A model generated the notes under the pieces. That model had not been told where the DNA came from and did no database searches. It saw only the letters and a program-made list of their open reading frames with translations. Source: Ophelia neglecta (lineage: Eukaryota). From it: a stretch of DNA of 64,000 bases. The stretch is from assembly GCA_965285935.1 (NCBI GenBank), contig OZ260667.1:52762001-52826000 (forward strand), given 5' to 3'. Made by a program: the position numbers and the translations under genes. Positions 25,743 through 40,226 of the stretch are shown here, piece by piece. The stretch's first letter is position 1. Each line of letters opens with the position of its first letter.

Positions 25743-26101
25743 TAACCGCAATGGTTTTGTATTTACCGTTCATATATACAATATTTAAAAACTAAACTTA
25801 TAAATAAAAATGTTTTTCAGTTCTAAGCTCTTGTTAATATAGAAAATAATTCACTGCTATGAAATTGATTAATGTCATGGGTTTAACAAAAGTACTGCAA
25901 TATCTAAACATCAATCATGAGTGAAGGTAAACTGATGATATAAGAAAACATACCGTGCAAACATTGACGTATTTTATTCATAGCATGTTTAACAAAACAC
26001 ATATTTTTATGCACTAGATGTGCCTTAATTCATATAGGAAGATTCAAGTTGCATACTGGTACCAATGGTTAAAATAAAACAAATCTAACATTATTTTTTA
26101 T

Positions 26102-29100
26102 CAGGAATAATCAAACAAGGTGCTTTAAGCTGCGCTAGAGCATAGCTGTGAGTGATTGTCCTTTCGGCGGTCTAGATTTGCTATGGTTTGGTATAAGATA
26201 AATCATGAAAAAGTTGCTTACGGAAGAAATAAGCTGTTCCCTTTCAGCCCCTCCAATATTTTCTAGAATGTTTTTTAGCATTGGTGAGGATCAGCGAGGC
26301 ATAACAATATTTCGACCTCCCGTGTAACAAATAATCGAAGTGCATTTTCGGGCATTTCCAGATCGATTTGGCTTCCGAAAACGATAAATAAGGGAGAAAA
26401 TATAGTAACATATAATATAGGAAATAACTGTTGTTGAAACCGCTGACGCATATGAAACATGGAAAAGCGGAAGAAAATCGTGGAATATAGAGCAGGGGTA
26501 GAAAATGAGATAAATATTAGGAGCGTGTAATGTGGTCACTGCTTAAGAGTCATGCACCTACCAAGCGGAGTCTAGTACCTAATCACTCGGACTCACCGTG
26601 GCATAATGACGCCATTCGTGATGCTCGCAGGAACAGAAGAAAGCAGCAGCGTATTTATCAGTACACCAAATTGTGGGTGGATACTCAAGCACGAAGCCCA
26701 GGACGAAGATGTGCGGGCAATAATTTAATCTGCTAACCTTGACTACTAATCAGAACGCATCAAAGAGCCCTCTTTCCCCCAAGAGAGCTGCACTCCTTAC
26801 TTAACTCCTCAAGGATTTCTCAGTGCACCCCTACCTGTCATTACAAATTTGATTAATGTTTCAATTGTCTTACATTGTGTTAACCAAATTTGCTCGCCCA
26901 TTACATAAAAAAAGGCTGGTCATTAAAGAACTATTGTCAGACCTCCTACCTCTTTTTCAACTCAAGAAGATTGAGAAAGTTGTTGCCTTTCGTTTATCTG
27001 GGCATATGAGAGGAACGGTCTCAAAGTCTATCAGTCAGCTACCAAGCGTTTCCACAGCAAGTTCACGTAACTGCAGTGTTCACAATGATATTCAGACACA
27101 TTTTTATAATCCTCAGTACTTCTCGTGTTGGCTTATCTGGCGCATTTGATACTGTGGATCATGCTCATTTTACCGACTGAACAATGAAATCGTCCTGAAT
27201 GGCACAGCCCTGAGCCGGTTTTGGTCTTACCTGGAGAGTAGCCCTTAAAGTGTCTGTGTGGGAAGAAATGAGCGCAGTCTCGCGTTCACTTTACGGCGGT
27301 GTTGCGCAGGGGTCCGGGACCACAGTATTAGGTACATTATATAGTGTATGGACCTACAAAATGGAAATATCTAGATGAACATGACAGGAAGAATTGGGCT
27401 GCAATGATCAGATCAAATTTATGTCCATGCAGCTATGGACATGTCTAGCATAGTAATGACGTCAGAGTCTGCAAAATTCTAGTTGCCAGACTCAGCTCGG
27501 TATTTTCATGTTCTCAATCACCCTATCAACCTGAGAGAATTGCCCTACCAAATGAAGATGCTCTTACCACAACCTGTCATTTGAGATACAAAATGGCGTG
27601 CTGGATATGGCAGAGATATTGTTTAATTTTATGAAATAAGACATGTAAACTTCGTGGGGTCTTAATTTATTTTATTTATTTGCGTAGTGCCTGCTTCCTT
27701 CGTTCTTATTTTATGTTTTCTTTTCTAGAATATTCATACTGCCATTATTTTTGTATAAATATGCAATATTAATGTCCTAATATATTGCATAATACCATCA
27801 AATATTCAGTCACATGTTTTCCCAATCAAACTCTTCAAATTAATGCGAACAACAGAGAACGGTGGAACCATAGAAACCCAACATTTACATATACGCATTT
27901 ATATCGGGATCTTCCATTCCAAGTTGAATCCCGACTTCCCCAAAATCTAATCTAATGAAATGTTTACAATTTACAATTTTTTGTCTTGAATTTTCTGGCG
28001 TGTATTTATGCCAGTTCCTTCCTTTTGTGGACTGCTTGTTGGAAGGAGTATGGAAAAAAGTGTAACATCACCGGCCAAGAACATGTATGCCTCATGTATC
28101 CCGTCAGATTGCAGGGCATACAGTTTGCTTCGCTGGAGTACCACTCCTAAATGCCAAGTTCAATCATAGGGTTACTGGTAGTATTGTATCATTTTCTTCG
28201 TATTTCTGAATCATTTATAGTAGAACGATATCATACCGCAATGAGGGTTAACTTCCCACAGGATAAGTACTTGGCGTTTTACGTTTTTATGAACTACAAT
28301 TAGCTAGGCACACATGAGCAAATGCGTCCCTGTCAGTGACCATTGTCCACTTCATCAGTATCGTCCACGACGAAAGATCAAGTAAAATTTACCAACGCAT
28401 CTCATGCCTTATTTAACAGTAAACAGCGCCAAGCTTTGAGTTAGTAGTTAGTAGGTGGCCCAAATACCGACCAATGTGGGCCGTAAACAGGGCTTCTTAG
28501 CAAATGAAGTACTGCAGGGCAGCGCTAAACGACAGAAGAAATGTCAAGGTTCTTATCTTGAGCCATATCCATTAAATTAATAAGCCCAATATATATTTTC
28601 ACCGAATAAGGACAAGAATATCAGAAAAGGTATATAGCTCATTTCACTCCTGGTTCATTGCACTTTATCCAACAGCTGCTGTAACATTGATAATATTCCC
28701 ATATCGTCGCTAGAGCCAATCAATGCACATGGTTTGCCATTTCGCTGGAAATAATCGTATAACCGTGAAGCAGTATGACAACGGTATATACGGTCAGCTG
28801 CTGCCGTTGGTCAAACATTGGTATTTATTCCCAGTAGGCAGTGCAATATAACAAGTGCTTTCGTGATTACTTCTTCATTCTGCAGGTCATGTTATTAACT
28901 CACTGGGAACATTCCGCTCTTCCCTACCAGCATTGATTATTCGCCGGCGCCTTTGAAATTATAAAATAATCTAATAATGTAATCAGTCTTCATTTAGAAG
29001 CATTATGCCCCAGGGGAATGTACAATCGTAGAAGGTTTTACATATCCTATCAGTGGAATGAATCGCGTTCCCAATAGAACTATATAGTGTCAAGATATTA

Positions 29101-30706
29101 TCGAAGTGCAAACGTACCACAGTTCCGTCCGATATGTTTAAAATACAAGGCCACATAATATTCGTTCTCATGCTAAACTGTAAGCATTGTATAGTACAAA
29201 TGTGTCTGTTGAAAAACGTGAACCAAACTTTTTATAAAGGAAAATATAAAGGATATGCATCAACGCCTTAGATATGTAACGACCATCGATCACTTATAGT
29301 ATACTTGCTGCGATAAATATTTATCTTTAATGATTCCGGTCATAACACTAGAGAAATGTCAATTTAGTGTTAATGCTAGGCATATCACATATTGGAACTA
29401 TCATGCCGGTCGCCTGTTTATAATGCTATGTATACGTTGCTACACGGCTTCGATTAGAAATATCTAGAGCGAACACACTACGCCACACTATATACTACTA
29501 AGTCGAGAGTTCCATTTGACCTTCCTTTGGGTCTACTTTCTTTCAAACTTAAGCAAATTGGCTAGTATATATAAAAGTAACAATTTGATGGTTTTACATG
29601 CAACCCATACGTGCTATATTCATATCAACCACTTACCTTAACTAAATATAAAAATGTAAAACTGAACATGAATGTTAGGTTTCTAAGTCAAAACGGGATT
29701 TGGTGTGCCTTCAGTCTTGTCAAACATGTACTTTTTCTATAACTTAATTCTGTTCATAATTCTGGTTATCTTTAAATAACTGCAAGTGGCCAATAGATTT
29801 TTCAAACTTGATCATGTAAATGGGCCGACCCAAAGAATTAAAAGACATTTAAAATCCAATTGGTGCCCTCTGGTGACGAAAATATACCAGTGGAGACCCG
29901 ACAGACAAGCCAAAACATTTATCTAGAAAAACCCATTAAGTCGGCCCCAAATCATCAGGGTCTAGTTTCTAGAAGTGGTCTCAAGTTTTAGGATTTTTTA
30001 GCCTATTACCGATTAGCTGGGAACATGTTAATCTGTGTTCCATTGATCAGGATTCAGTTTAGGACCATAATGGCTAGGTTTAAGATCAAATCCAGCTCCC
30101 AGAAACCCAGATTAGCAAGCTAAGACAGATTCTGCACTTTAATCGTGTTTTTAATTCGAATTGAGAGTTAATATCACTTCTAGATACTGGTCCCAGGAAC
30201 CAGCAGCCACAGCACCAAACACATCAATAAACCAGTATCTAGCTCCAAACTAGAAAATAAACGTGTAACTAAATAAAGGATTCGATAAATCGCACATTGT
30301 TTTATTTATCCCTGCATCCTCCTGCATTTTTTGACGCGAAAAATTTATAGGAAGCATATTTACATGTTAGAAACGCCAAACGCGGACCCTGACACAAAAT
30401 GCCGATATTGATTCTTGTGAAATTAGGAAGAATAATATACGTGCCGAGACGACTTGGTGTGTGTTTATTTTGTTTGAGTCAGTAAGGGCAGTCCTTGTGC
30501 TTGCACAGCGTTTATTTTGATTGATGAGACAGCAGACTTCTTAGCCAATGCGGCGAACTGTTTTAGTTTCTACGTCACAAATTCGTGGTGTGTCCTAATC
30601 GGCGCTCAGCAGTGTTTGTGTAGATATGACTAAGCAGTTCATGGGCAAAAGCTTCCAAAGTGGCGCTACACAAAAGGTTATATGGGACCCGCCAAGCAGC
30701 CAGCAG
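26102..30706. repeat. Segment X, copy 1 (4605 bp), apparently identical to 31170-35774
   Basis: All ORFs recur with identical translation at offset 5068 (26275/31343, 26856/31924, 28983/34051). No differences were noticed by eye. Confidence 0.97.
26540..27320 (+). mobile_element. Decayed L2/CR1-group LINE ORF2 fragment
   Basis: LLKSHAP..PWHNDAIRDARRNRRK, LPVITNLINVS, IEKVVA, HNDI, AFDTVDH, GTALSRFWSYL and GVAQGS occur in order across frameshifts. Confidence 0.85.
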
Positions 30707-30712
30707 CCTTAC

Positions 30713-31170
30713 CTAACTTGTAGCTAGTGTTGTACTGGAGTGGTTAACAAATGTTGAATATAACAAACCTGTTATTATAGATACACTTAATTCAACGTTT
30801 AATGATTCGATTAATTGCAAACTTATTATAGCGACAATGACCTCTGATTAGTTCCATCCGCAAGCATTTCTGAGCTCGTATGTCCTCCCATTCCAAGCAC
30901 CTCTTTCCCCCCGGCAAATACCACCGCCCACACACCATTCTGCCTTCTTACCTTAACCATCACATTGAAACCACCGCATATGCCCCCTCCTTCCCTTTAA
31001 CGTTCCATTGCCTCAAAAAAACTCTTTTTTTTTTTTCGAACATCAATTTGTACCAGGCTGTCTTATCTTTAGCCCTATCGTACGTTCGGTGTTAGCTTCC
31101 TTACTGGGTTCAAAATAACAATTTCCCTAAAGGGTTGATACATGTCTAGACTTCACTCGTGGTTTCTAAC
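30713..31170. repeat. Segment Y (458 bp), apparently identical to 38432-38889; diverged third copy at ~46388-46850
   Basis: ORF 30880 equals ORF 38599 (offset 7719); ORF 46555 is a diverged version. Confidence 0.95.
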
Positions 31171-34100
31171 AGGAATAATCAAACAAGGTGCTTTAAGCTG
31201 CGCTAGAGCATAGCTGTGAGTGATTGTCCTTTCGGCGGTCTAGATTTGCTATGGTTTGGTATAAGATAAATCATGAAAAAGTTGCTTACGGAAGAAATAA
31301 GCTGTTCCCTTTCAGCCCCTCCAATATTTTCTAGAATGTTTTTTAGCATTGGTGAGGATCAGCGAGGCATAACAATATTTCGACCTCCCGTGTAACAAAT
31401 AATCGAAGTGCATTTTCGGGCATTTCCAGATCGATTTGGCTTCCGAAAACGATAAATAAGGGAGAAAATATAGTAACATATAATATAGGAAATAACTGTT
31501 GTTGAAACCGCTGACGCATATGAAACATGGAAAAGCGGAAGAAAATCGTGGAATATAGAGCAGGGGTAGAAAATGAGATAAATATTAGGAGCGTGTAATG
31601 TGGTCACTGCTTAAGAGTCATGCACCTACCAAGCGGAGTCTAGTACCTAATCACTCGGACTCACCGTGGCATAATGACGCCATTCGTGATGCTCGCAGGA
31701 ACAGAAGAAAGCAGCAGCGTATTTATCAGTACACCAAATTGTGGGTGGATACTCAAGCACGAAGCCCAGGACGAAGATGTGCGGGCAATAATTTAATCTG
31801 CTAACCTTGACTACTAATCAGAACGCATCAAAGAGCCCTCTTTCCCCCAAGAGAGCTGCACTCCTTACTTAACTCCTCAAGGATTTCTCAGTGCACCCCT
31901 ACCTGTCATTACAAATTTGATTAATGTTTCAATTGTCTTACATTGTGTTAACCAAATTTGCTCGCCCATTACATAAAAAAAGGCTGGTCATTAAAGAACT
32001 ATTGTCAGACCTCCTACCTCTTTTTCAACTCAAGAAGATTGAGAAAGTTGTTGCCTTTCGTTTATCTGGGCATATGAGAGGAACGGTCTCAAAGTCTATC
32101 AGTCAGCTACCAAGCGTTTCCACAGCAAGTTCACGTAACTGCAGTGTTCACAATGATATTCAGACACATTTTTATAATCCTCAGTACTTCTCGTGTTGGC
32201 TTATCTGGCGCATTTGATACTGTGGATCATGCTCATTTTACCGACTGAACAATGAAATCGTCCTGAATGGCACAGCCCTGAGCCGGTTTTGGTCTTACCT
32301 GGAGAGTAGCCCTTAAAGTGTCTGTGTGGGAAGAAATGAGCGCAGTCTCGCGTTCACTTTACGGCGGTGTTGCGCAGGGGTCCGGGACCACAGTATTAGG
32401 TACATTATATAGTGTATGGACCTACAAAATGGAAATATCTAGATGAACATGACAGGAAGAATTGGGCTGCAATGATCAGATCAAATTTATGTCCATGCAG
32501 CTATGGACATGTCTAGCATAGTAATGACGTCAGAGTCTGCAAAATTCTAGTTGCCAGACTCAGCTCGGTATTTTCATGTTCTCAATCACCCTATCAACCT
32601 GAGAGAATTGCCCTACCAAATGAAGATGCTCTTACCACAACCTGTCATTTGAGATACAAAATGGCGTGCTGGATATGGCAGAGATATTGTTTAATTTTAT
32701 GAAATAAGACATGTAAACTTCGTGGGGTCTTAATTTATTTTATTTATTTGCGTAGTGCCTGCTTCCTTCGTTCTTATTTTATGTTTTCTTTTCTAGAATA
32801 TTCATACTGCCATTATTTTTGTATAAATATGCAATATTAATGTCCTAATATATTGCATAATACCATCAAATATTCAGTCACATGTTTTCCCAATCAAACT
32901 CTTCAAATTAATGCGAACAACAGAGAACGGTGGAACCATAGAAACCCAACATTTACATATACGCATTTATATCGGGATCTTCCATTCCAAGTTGAATCCC
33001 GACTTCCCCAAAATCTAATCTAATGAAATGTTTACAATTTACAATTTTTTGTCTTGAATTTTCTGGCGTGTATTTATGCCAGTTCCTTCCTTTTGTGGAC
33101 TGCTTGTTGGAAGGAGTATGGAAAAAAGTGTAACATCACCGGCCAAGAACATGTATGCCTCATGTATCCCGTCAGATTGCAGGGCATACAGTTTGCTTCG
33201 CTGGAGTACCACTCCTAAATGCCAAGTTCAATCATAGGGTTACTGGTAGTATTGTATCATTTTCTTCGTATTTCTGAATCATTTATAGTAGAACGATATC
33301 ATACCGCAATGAGGGTTAACTTCCCACAGGATAAGTACTTGGCGTTTTACGTTTTTATGAACTACAATTAGCTAGGCACACATGAGCAAATGCGTCCCTG
33401 TCAGTGACCATTGTCCACTTCATCAGTATCGTCCACGACGAAAGATCAAGTAAAATTTACCAACGCATCTCATGCCTTATTTAACAGTAAACAGCGCCAA
33501 GCTTTGAGTTAGTAGTTAGTAGGTGGCCCAAATACCGACCAATGTGGGCCGTAAACAGGGCTTCTTAGCAAATGAAGTACTGCAGGGCAGCGCTAAACGA
33601 CAGAAGAAATGTCAAGGTTCTTATCTTGAGCCATATCCATTAAATTAATAAGCCCAATATATATTTTCACCGAATAAGGACAAGAATATCAGAAAAGGTA
33701 TATAGCTCATTTCACTCCTGGTTCATTGCACTTTATCCAACAGCTGCTGTAACATTGATAATATTCCCATATCGTCGCTAGAGCCAATCAATGCACATGG
33801 TTTGCCATTTCGCTGGAAATAATCGTATAACCGTGAAGCAGTATGACAACGGTATATACGGTCAGCTGCTGCCGTTGGTCAAACATTGGTATTTATTCCC
33901 AGTAGGCAGTGCAATATAACAAGTGCTTTCGTGATTACTTCTTCATTCTGCAGGTCATGTTATTAACTCACTGGGAACATTCCGCTCTTCCCTACCAGCA
34001 TTGATTATTCGCCGGCGCCTTTGAAATTATAAAATAATCTAATAATGTAATCAGTCTTCATTTAGAAGCATTATGCCCCAGGGGAATGTACAATCGTAGA

Positions 34101-35774
34101 AGGTTTTACATATCCTATCAGTGGAATGAATCGCGTTCCCAATAGAACTATATAGTGTCAAGATATTATCGAAGTGCAAACGTACCACAGTTCCGTCCGA
34201 TATGTTTAAAATACAAGGCCACATAATATTCGTTCTCATGCTAAACTGTAAGCATTGTATAGTACAAATGTGTCTGTTGAAAAACGTGAACCAAACTTTT
34301 TATAAAGGAAAATATAAAGGATATGCATCAACGCCTTAGATATGTAACGACCATCGATCACTTATAGTATACTTGCTGCGATAAATATTTATCTTTAATG
34401 ATTCCGGTCATAACACTAGAGAAATGTCAATTTAGTGTTAATGCTAGGCATATCACATATTGGAACTATCATGCCGGTCGCCTGTTTATAATGCTATGTA
34501 TACGTTGCTACACGGCTTCGATTAGAAATATCTAGAGCGAACACACTACGCCACACTATATACTACTAAGTCGAGAGTTCCATTTGACCTTCCTTTGGGT
34601 CTACTTTCTTTCAAACTTAAGCAAATTGGCTAGTATATATAAAAGTAACAATTTGATGGTTTTACATGCAACCCATACGTGCTATATTCATATCAACCAC
34701 TTACCTTAACTAAATATAAAAATGTAAAACTGAACATGAATGTTAGGTTTCTAAGTCAAAACGGGATTTGGTGTGCCTTCAGTCTTGTCAAACATGTACT
34801 TTTTCTATAACTTAATTCTGTTCATAATTCTGGTTATCTTTAAATAACTGCAAGTGGCCAATAGATTTTTCAAACTTGATCATGTAAATGGGCCGACCCA
34901 AAGAATTAAAAGACATTTAAAATCCAATTGGTGCCCTCTGGTGACGAAAATATACCAGTGGAGACCCGACAGACAAGCCAAAACATTTATCTAGAAAAAC
35001 CCATTAAGTCGGCCCCAAATCATCAGGGTCTAGTTTCTAGAAGTGGTCTCAAGTTTTAGGATTTTTTAGCCTATTACCGATTAGCTGGGAACATGTTAAT
35101 CTGTGTTCCATTGATCAGGATTCAGTTTAGGACCATAATGGCTAGGTTTAAGATCAAATCCAGCTCCCAGAAACCCAGATTAGCAAGCTAAGACAGATTC
35201 TGCACTTTAATCGTGTTTTTAATTCGAATTGAGAGTTAATATCACTTCTAGATACTGGTCCCAGGAACCAGCAGCCACAGCACCAAACACATCAATAAAC
35301 CAGTATCTAGCTCCAAACTAGAAAATAAACGTGTAACTAAATAAAGGATTCGATAAATCGCACATTGTTTTATTTATCCCTGCATCCTCCTGCATTTTTT
35401 GACGCGAAAAATTTATAGGAAGCATATTTACATGTTAGAAACGCCAAACGCGGACCCTGACACAAAATGCCGATATTGATTCTTGTGAAATTAGGAAGAA
35501 TAATATACGTGCCGAGACGACTTGGTGTGTGTTTATTTTGTTTGAGTCAGTAAGGGCAGTCCTTGTGCTTGCACAGCGTTTATTTTGATTGATGAGACAG
35601 CAGACTTCTTAGCCAATGCGGCGAACTGTTTTAGTTTCTACGTCACAAATTCGTGGTGTGTCCTAATCGGCGCTCAGCAGTGTTTGTGTAGATATGACTA
35701 AGCAGTTCATGGGCAAAAGCTTCCAAAGTGGCGCTACACAAAAGGTTATATGGGACCCGCCAAGCAGCCAGCAG
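31170..35774. repeat. Segment X, copy 2
   Basis: Matches 26102-30706 at offset 5068, then continues into unique sequence at 35775. Confidence 0.97.
31608..32388 (+). mobile_element. Duplicate of the L2/CR1-group LINE fragment at 26540-27320
   Basis: Same motifs at offset 5068. Confidence 0.85.
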
Positions 35775-36284
35775 ACGTTCTCATTGGTTACAGTTGAACA
35801 CCGCAAAATACTGGCACTGAACCGGACAGTAAGATGCGCTATGCCAGGAGACGGCTGCCGACCGGGCAGACGAGATAAGTCAACATCATTTTATACAACG
35901 TATATATTATATACAATTTCTTCTGCCTGCCAAGTTCATATTTCTCTTGGCGATATCATTTCATTGCGCAGTCATTATCATTATATTTATAATTTTCATG
36001 TTATTACATCCCAGTTATACCTATTGTACTTTTAGCATTGATATTATTCCTATGATATATGATAAATTGTAAATAAGTTGATTTTTGTAAAGACATACTG
36101 GTGATATCCCACGATTAGCTTGCAGCTATTGGAGGGAACTAGTATGAATAAATATGTTTAAACTAAGTCAACATCATTGAACATGCTGAGGCGCTAGGCA
36201 CCAAGGACCACAGAGGAACCACCAACATTGTTCAGTAAAGACCAATATACGGCCAAATCACAGGTATTTTGCGCACACTATGCT

Positions 36285-39200
36285 ACCGAGTATGAATTCA
36301 CATTATGGGGGCATCTACGGGCACTGATGAAATACATGTGTAAGTGGTTATTCATTGTAAACAATCACCTGTAATGTAATTTTCAGCAACCAGACTGGGT
36401 TATTGCTGGGTCATTGCTCATTTTTTATTTTGGCTTACTGAACGTCATAATTGTGGAATCGTAGGTCAAGGCTTTCATCACTTTACAACAAACTATTTGT
36501 ATAAGTAATAATGAACTGTAGTAAAAACAATTAATATGCAGATATTGTTCAACTTTTATTTAATTTTATTTAAAATGCTGCGGAACTCACCCATTTATCA
36601 ATGGGCCTCTCACTTTTTGTAGCGAGCGCGTCCTATGTCTCGCTTTATCATATTTGTAGATGAATAACTGTTGGCAATAAGAAGTGGTCAGCTGTTTTCC
36701 ATGATGCAAGTCTGAGTGAAACTTTTCATGTGACTATTTTGGCTTTAACCTGAATTCAAACCTATTTCTTGACACATATGGACTCGTCTAATAGAATTCG
36801 GCTATTTGTTTGCCACTAGTTGGCAAAACGCTAAAACTAGCCACATTAAAAGATAGCAGGTGCACATTTTAAATATGACATGGTGGCTGGGAGATATTTT
36901 AACCATTAATAAAACAGATATTTACCTAGATAATCATAGACATCAACTACAACTTCATTTATTTAAAAGCATACCAAACGTTGTCGACTTCTGGGGATTT
37001 TCATTCGCCATACTGGCCACGACAGTCATGAGAAACTCCCCCACCTCCCACCCCACCCCATGGCACATATAACCTAATGGGAGTTTTGAAAAGATCGACG
37101 AAAAGAACATCAGTGCAATGCGACATAACAAGGCATAAAGTGGTAAAAGAGGAATCGCTATTTGTATGTTAGAAAGAAGGTTCTTTTATAAAATGTCTTT
37201 CCTGTTTAGCGTTCAAATTTACAATCATGGAACAACGATAATGAATCTATTAACAAGTAATCATTTGTTTTCAACAGAACGTTTTGCATGAAGCTTTCTG
37301 GGAGAAAATTCATTCCTATATTTTTGTAATTAGAGTATTATTTTATATTCACCACAGGCATTAATTTCTCTAACAAGATTGACCACAAATTATGGTGGTA
37401 ATTGAAATTCCAAATAAAAAGTGTGCTCGCAAGGTTTGCAAGCATTTGTAAGCTTAAAATACGGAGGGTTGGTAGAACATCATATGATATGTTTGTTGGT
37501 AATGGCAAATTAACAAGCTATGGAACTTTTGAAGCATTGTTTTAGCAAGCGTCACCACACATCCAAATGTTAGTGGCAACATTGCCATCCGACAGTTCTT
37601 GAAGCGAGCGTCTATGATAAATAGGATAGAATCATGTCTGCCTCTGCGTCATCCTTCAGGGGCTGGGACCAATCGATAGGGAATTCAATGAAATGTTGTA
37701 TAAGCACGGTATCCTTACTTCCCCGTGAGATGCACTTGCCAGCCACACCTGCTCCTTCATTGGCCATATTGTCATGGTAATGATGCACGCAAGATTAATC
37801 TGAATGCACGCACATAAATATCCGGAAGACGACGCAAAATCATTCGTCAAGAACCTTCCAGCATATCGAAATGAACCTACCGAAAAGGTCTTTCCGAAAT
37901 CATCTTCAGCAAGCCACACAGCCAACAGCCACATGTATTTGAAATGTCATGTTGTAAATACATGTATGCATCGTTTCAAAACTCATTCCTCATTGCTGGT
38001 CGAATATTTTGTCAACCCTGATTAATAAATCTAGTGCGGTTTGGGAAAGTCTTAAATTGAAATACAGTGTTTTTTCTTCGACGTTACAGGAGAGATAGTG
38101 AATCTAAACTTATACACCTTTATTGTTTACATTCAGTTATTCGGGTTCGTAATAGTTTCAAACACTATACTTGCCCCATAACTGGTATTTATCATTCGTA
38201 TAAACAGAATAATCACTGATAAAGAGGTTTCTCGTCCTAGAATTGATTCGCTATGACCAGAATCTGAAAGACCCGTGATGTGAATGCATGCGTTACTTGA
38301 CAAGTTCATTATACTTCACCTTTAATCAGAACGATCATATTGATGCACATGGTACCAGGAAGAGATTTTGTGTGTGTGTTTGCGTGTGTGTGTGTGGGGG
38401 GGGGGTATATCGGGCTCTACAACACCCTAAGCTAACTTGTAGCTAGTGTTGTACTGGAGTGGTTAACAAATGTTGAATATAACAAACCTGTTATTATAGA
38501 TACACTTAATTCAACGTTTAATGATTCGATTAATTGCAAACTTATTATAGCGACAATGACCTCTGATTAGTTCCATCCGCAAGCATTTCTGAGCTCGTAT
38601 GTCCTCCCATTCCAAGCACCTCTTTCCCCCCGGCAAATACCACCGCCCACACACCATTCTGCCTTCTTACCTTAACCATCACATTGAAACCACCGCATAT
38701 GCCCCCTCCTTCCCTTTAACGTTCCATTGCCTCAAAAAAACTCTTTTTTTTTTTTCGAACATCAATTTGTACCAGGCTGTCTTATCTTTAGCCCTATCGT
38801 ACGTTCGGTGTTAGCTTCCTTACTGGGTTCAAAATAACAATTTCCCTAAAGGGTTGATACATGTCTAGACTTCACTCGTGGTTTCTAACCGTTTCTACCA
38901 ATAAGCGGGGTGTCAATTGTAGGCATGTCTGTCTGATAGACCCATTAAACCAGCCTCACCATCACATGGTCACATTTTTTTCAGTTACGGATCAAGTCTC
39001 TGAGTAACATTTCAGATGTCACGGACATTAAAGGGCATATTACTAACAAAATGGCAAGCTTCGCCATATTGATAGCTCTTAATACAATTATAACCAACAT
39101 AATAGTGGTGCTTAGGAGACCGCACAACACATATACACAGTAACTTCTTTAATAAAGACTGACAGTGTAGAAACAAATTGACTAACTCAACACCAGCTGT

Positions 39201-40226
39201 CACGGAACAGACGTATAAAAAGAACCAAACATGAAATCAAATATATTCTTGCTTTGTTATAGCTCTATCTGCATCTGCATATAATACATTAGACGACTAC
39301 TGAATATTATATGGTCTTATTACTATTTCAAATTGTCTACCCAATAGCTGGGGTTAACTTTACGATCAATACTAAAGATAGTTTTCTTGATATATCTTCC
39401 TTTTGAATATCCGTTCCTCTATCCTGTGTCTATAATACGACATACAATACCAATTCAACCGGTTTGTATTTGGCTGAATTGCCTTCTAGCTCTTTCGTTC
39501 AGTATTATCTAATTCAATTGAAGCAGGCAAATTTTCATATAATCGCCCAAGCGTAGTGATTGTAAGTTGGTATTCTTACCATTTAAATAAACCCCGATAC
39601 GAGTCATATCCATCAGGCGGGTAACACGAATAACAATCCATTGGCAAATCATAACCAAGCAAATAAAATGGCCACTCTTAACATTACAAAAATATGGAAT
39701 AAAGTTAAGTACAGCACTGGACCAAGCACGATACTATCCAAGCAGTCGCACTGTGAGGTTTCCTAAGATGAGATTGCCGCTCAAGGAACACATATACTTG
39801 TAATAAACATTTGTCGTAACTATATGCTTAGATTGTGTCTCCTTCCCTTTATTTCGACGATTGGTGTATGTCCCATGGCCATTCGCACCATAAATGCATT
39901 GACGATGGTCATCGCCTGTAGCAAATGAAGTGTAATGATAAGGCGGGTGTGTTTCCTTGGATGCCTACATGGATCACTATCTATGGACGAATGACCTAAA
40001 TGACCTGCCCGCTGGGCCATATTAACGGCAAAGACGGAATCGTGTGACTGTAGAGGGAATCATGCCATTGTATCGTTGGTTAACTATGTATGGAATTCAC
40101 ATTTAGGTTTGGCTTATTGGTTTAAACCGATAAAACAGTTTGGCTTCTTGGCTATACTTTGCAGGAAAAATCAATAGACCCATTTCATTAACATTTGATG
40201 AAATTTTGAGGTATTGTTGTAATATG
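36285..40226. repeat. ~3.9-kb direct repeat, copy 1 (left of the DIRS element)
   Basis: Colinear with 44255-48370 from AAGTGGT.A.TCATTG.AAACAATCACCTGTAATGTAAT to AAATTTTGAGGT. Roughly 85-90% identical by eye, with several indels. Confidence 0.92.

Noticed and set aside
28600-28900. Minus-strand LYDYFQRN..W as a Mutator transposase remnant
   Set aside because: Needs a frameshift, and no other transposase motif was found.
29862-29878. CTCF-like GCCCTCTGGTG (also ~34930) and NRF1-like GCGCATGCGC at 52379-52388
   Set aside because: Single short motifs without promoter or chromatin evidence.
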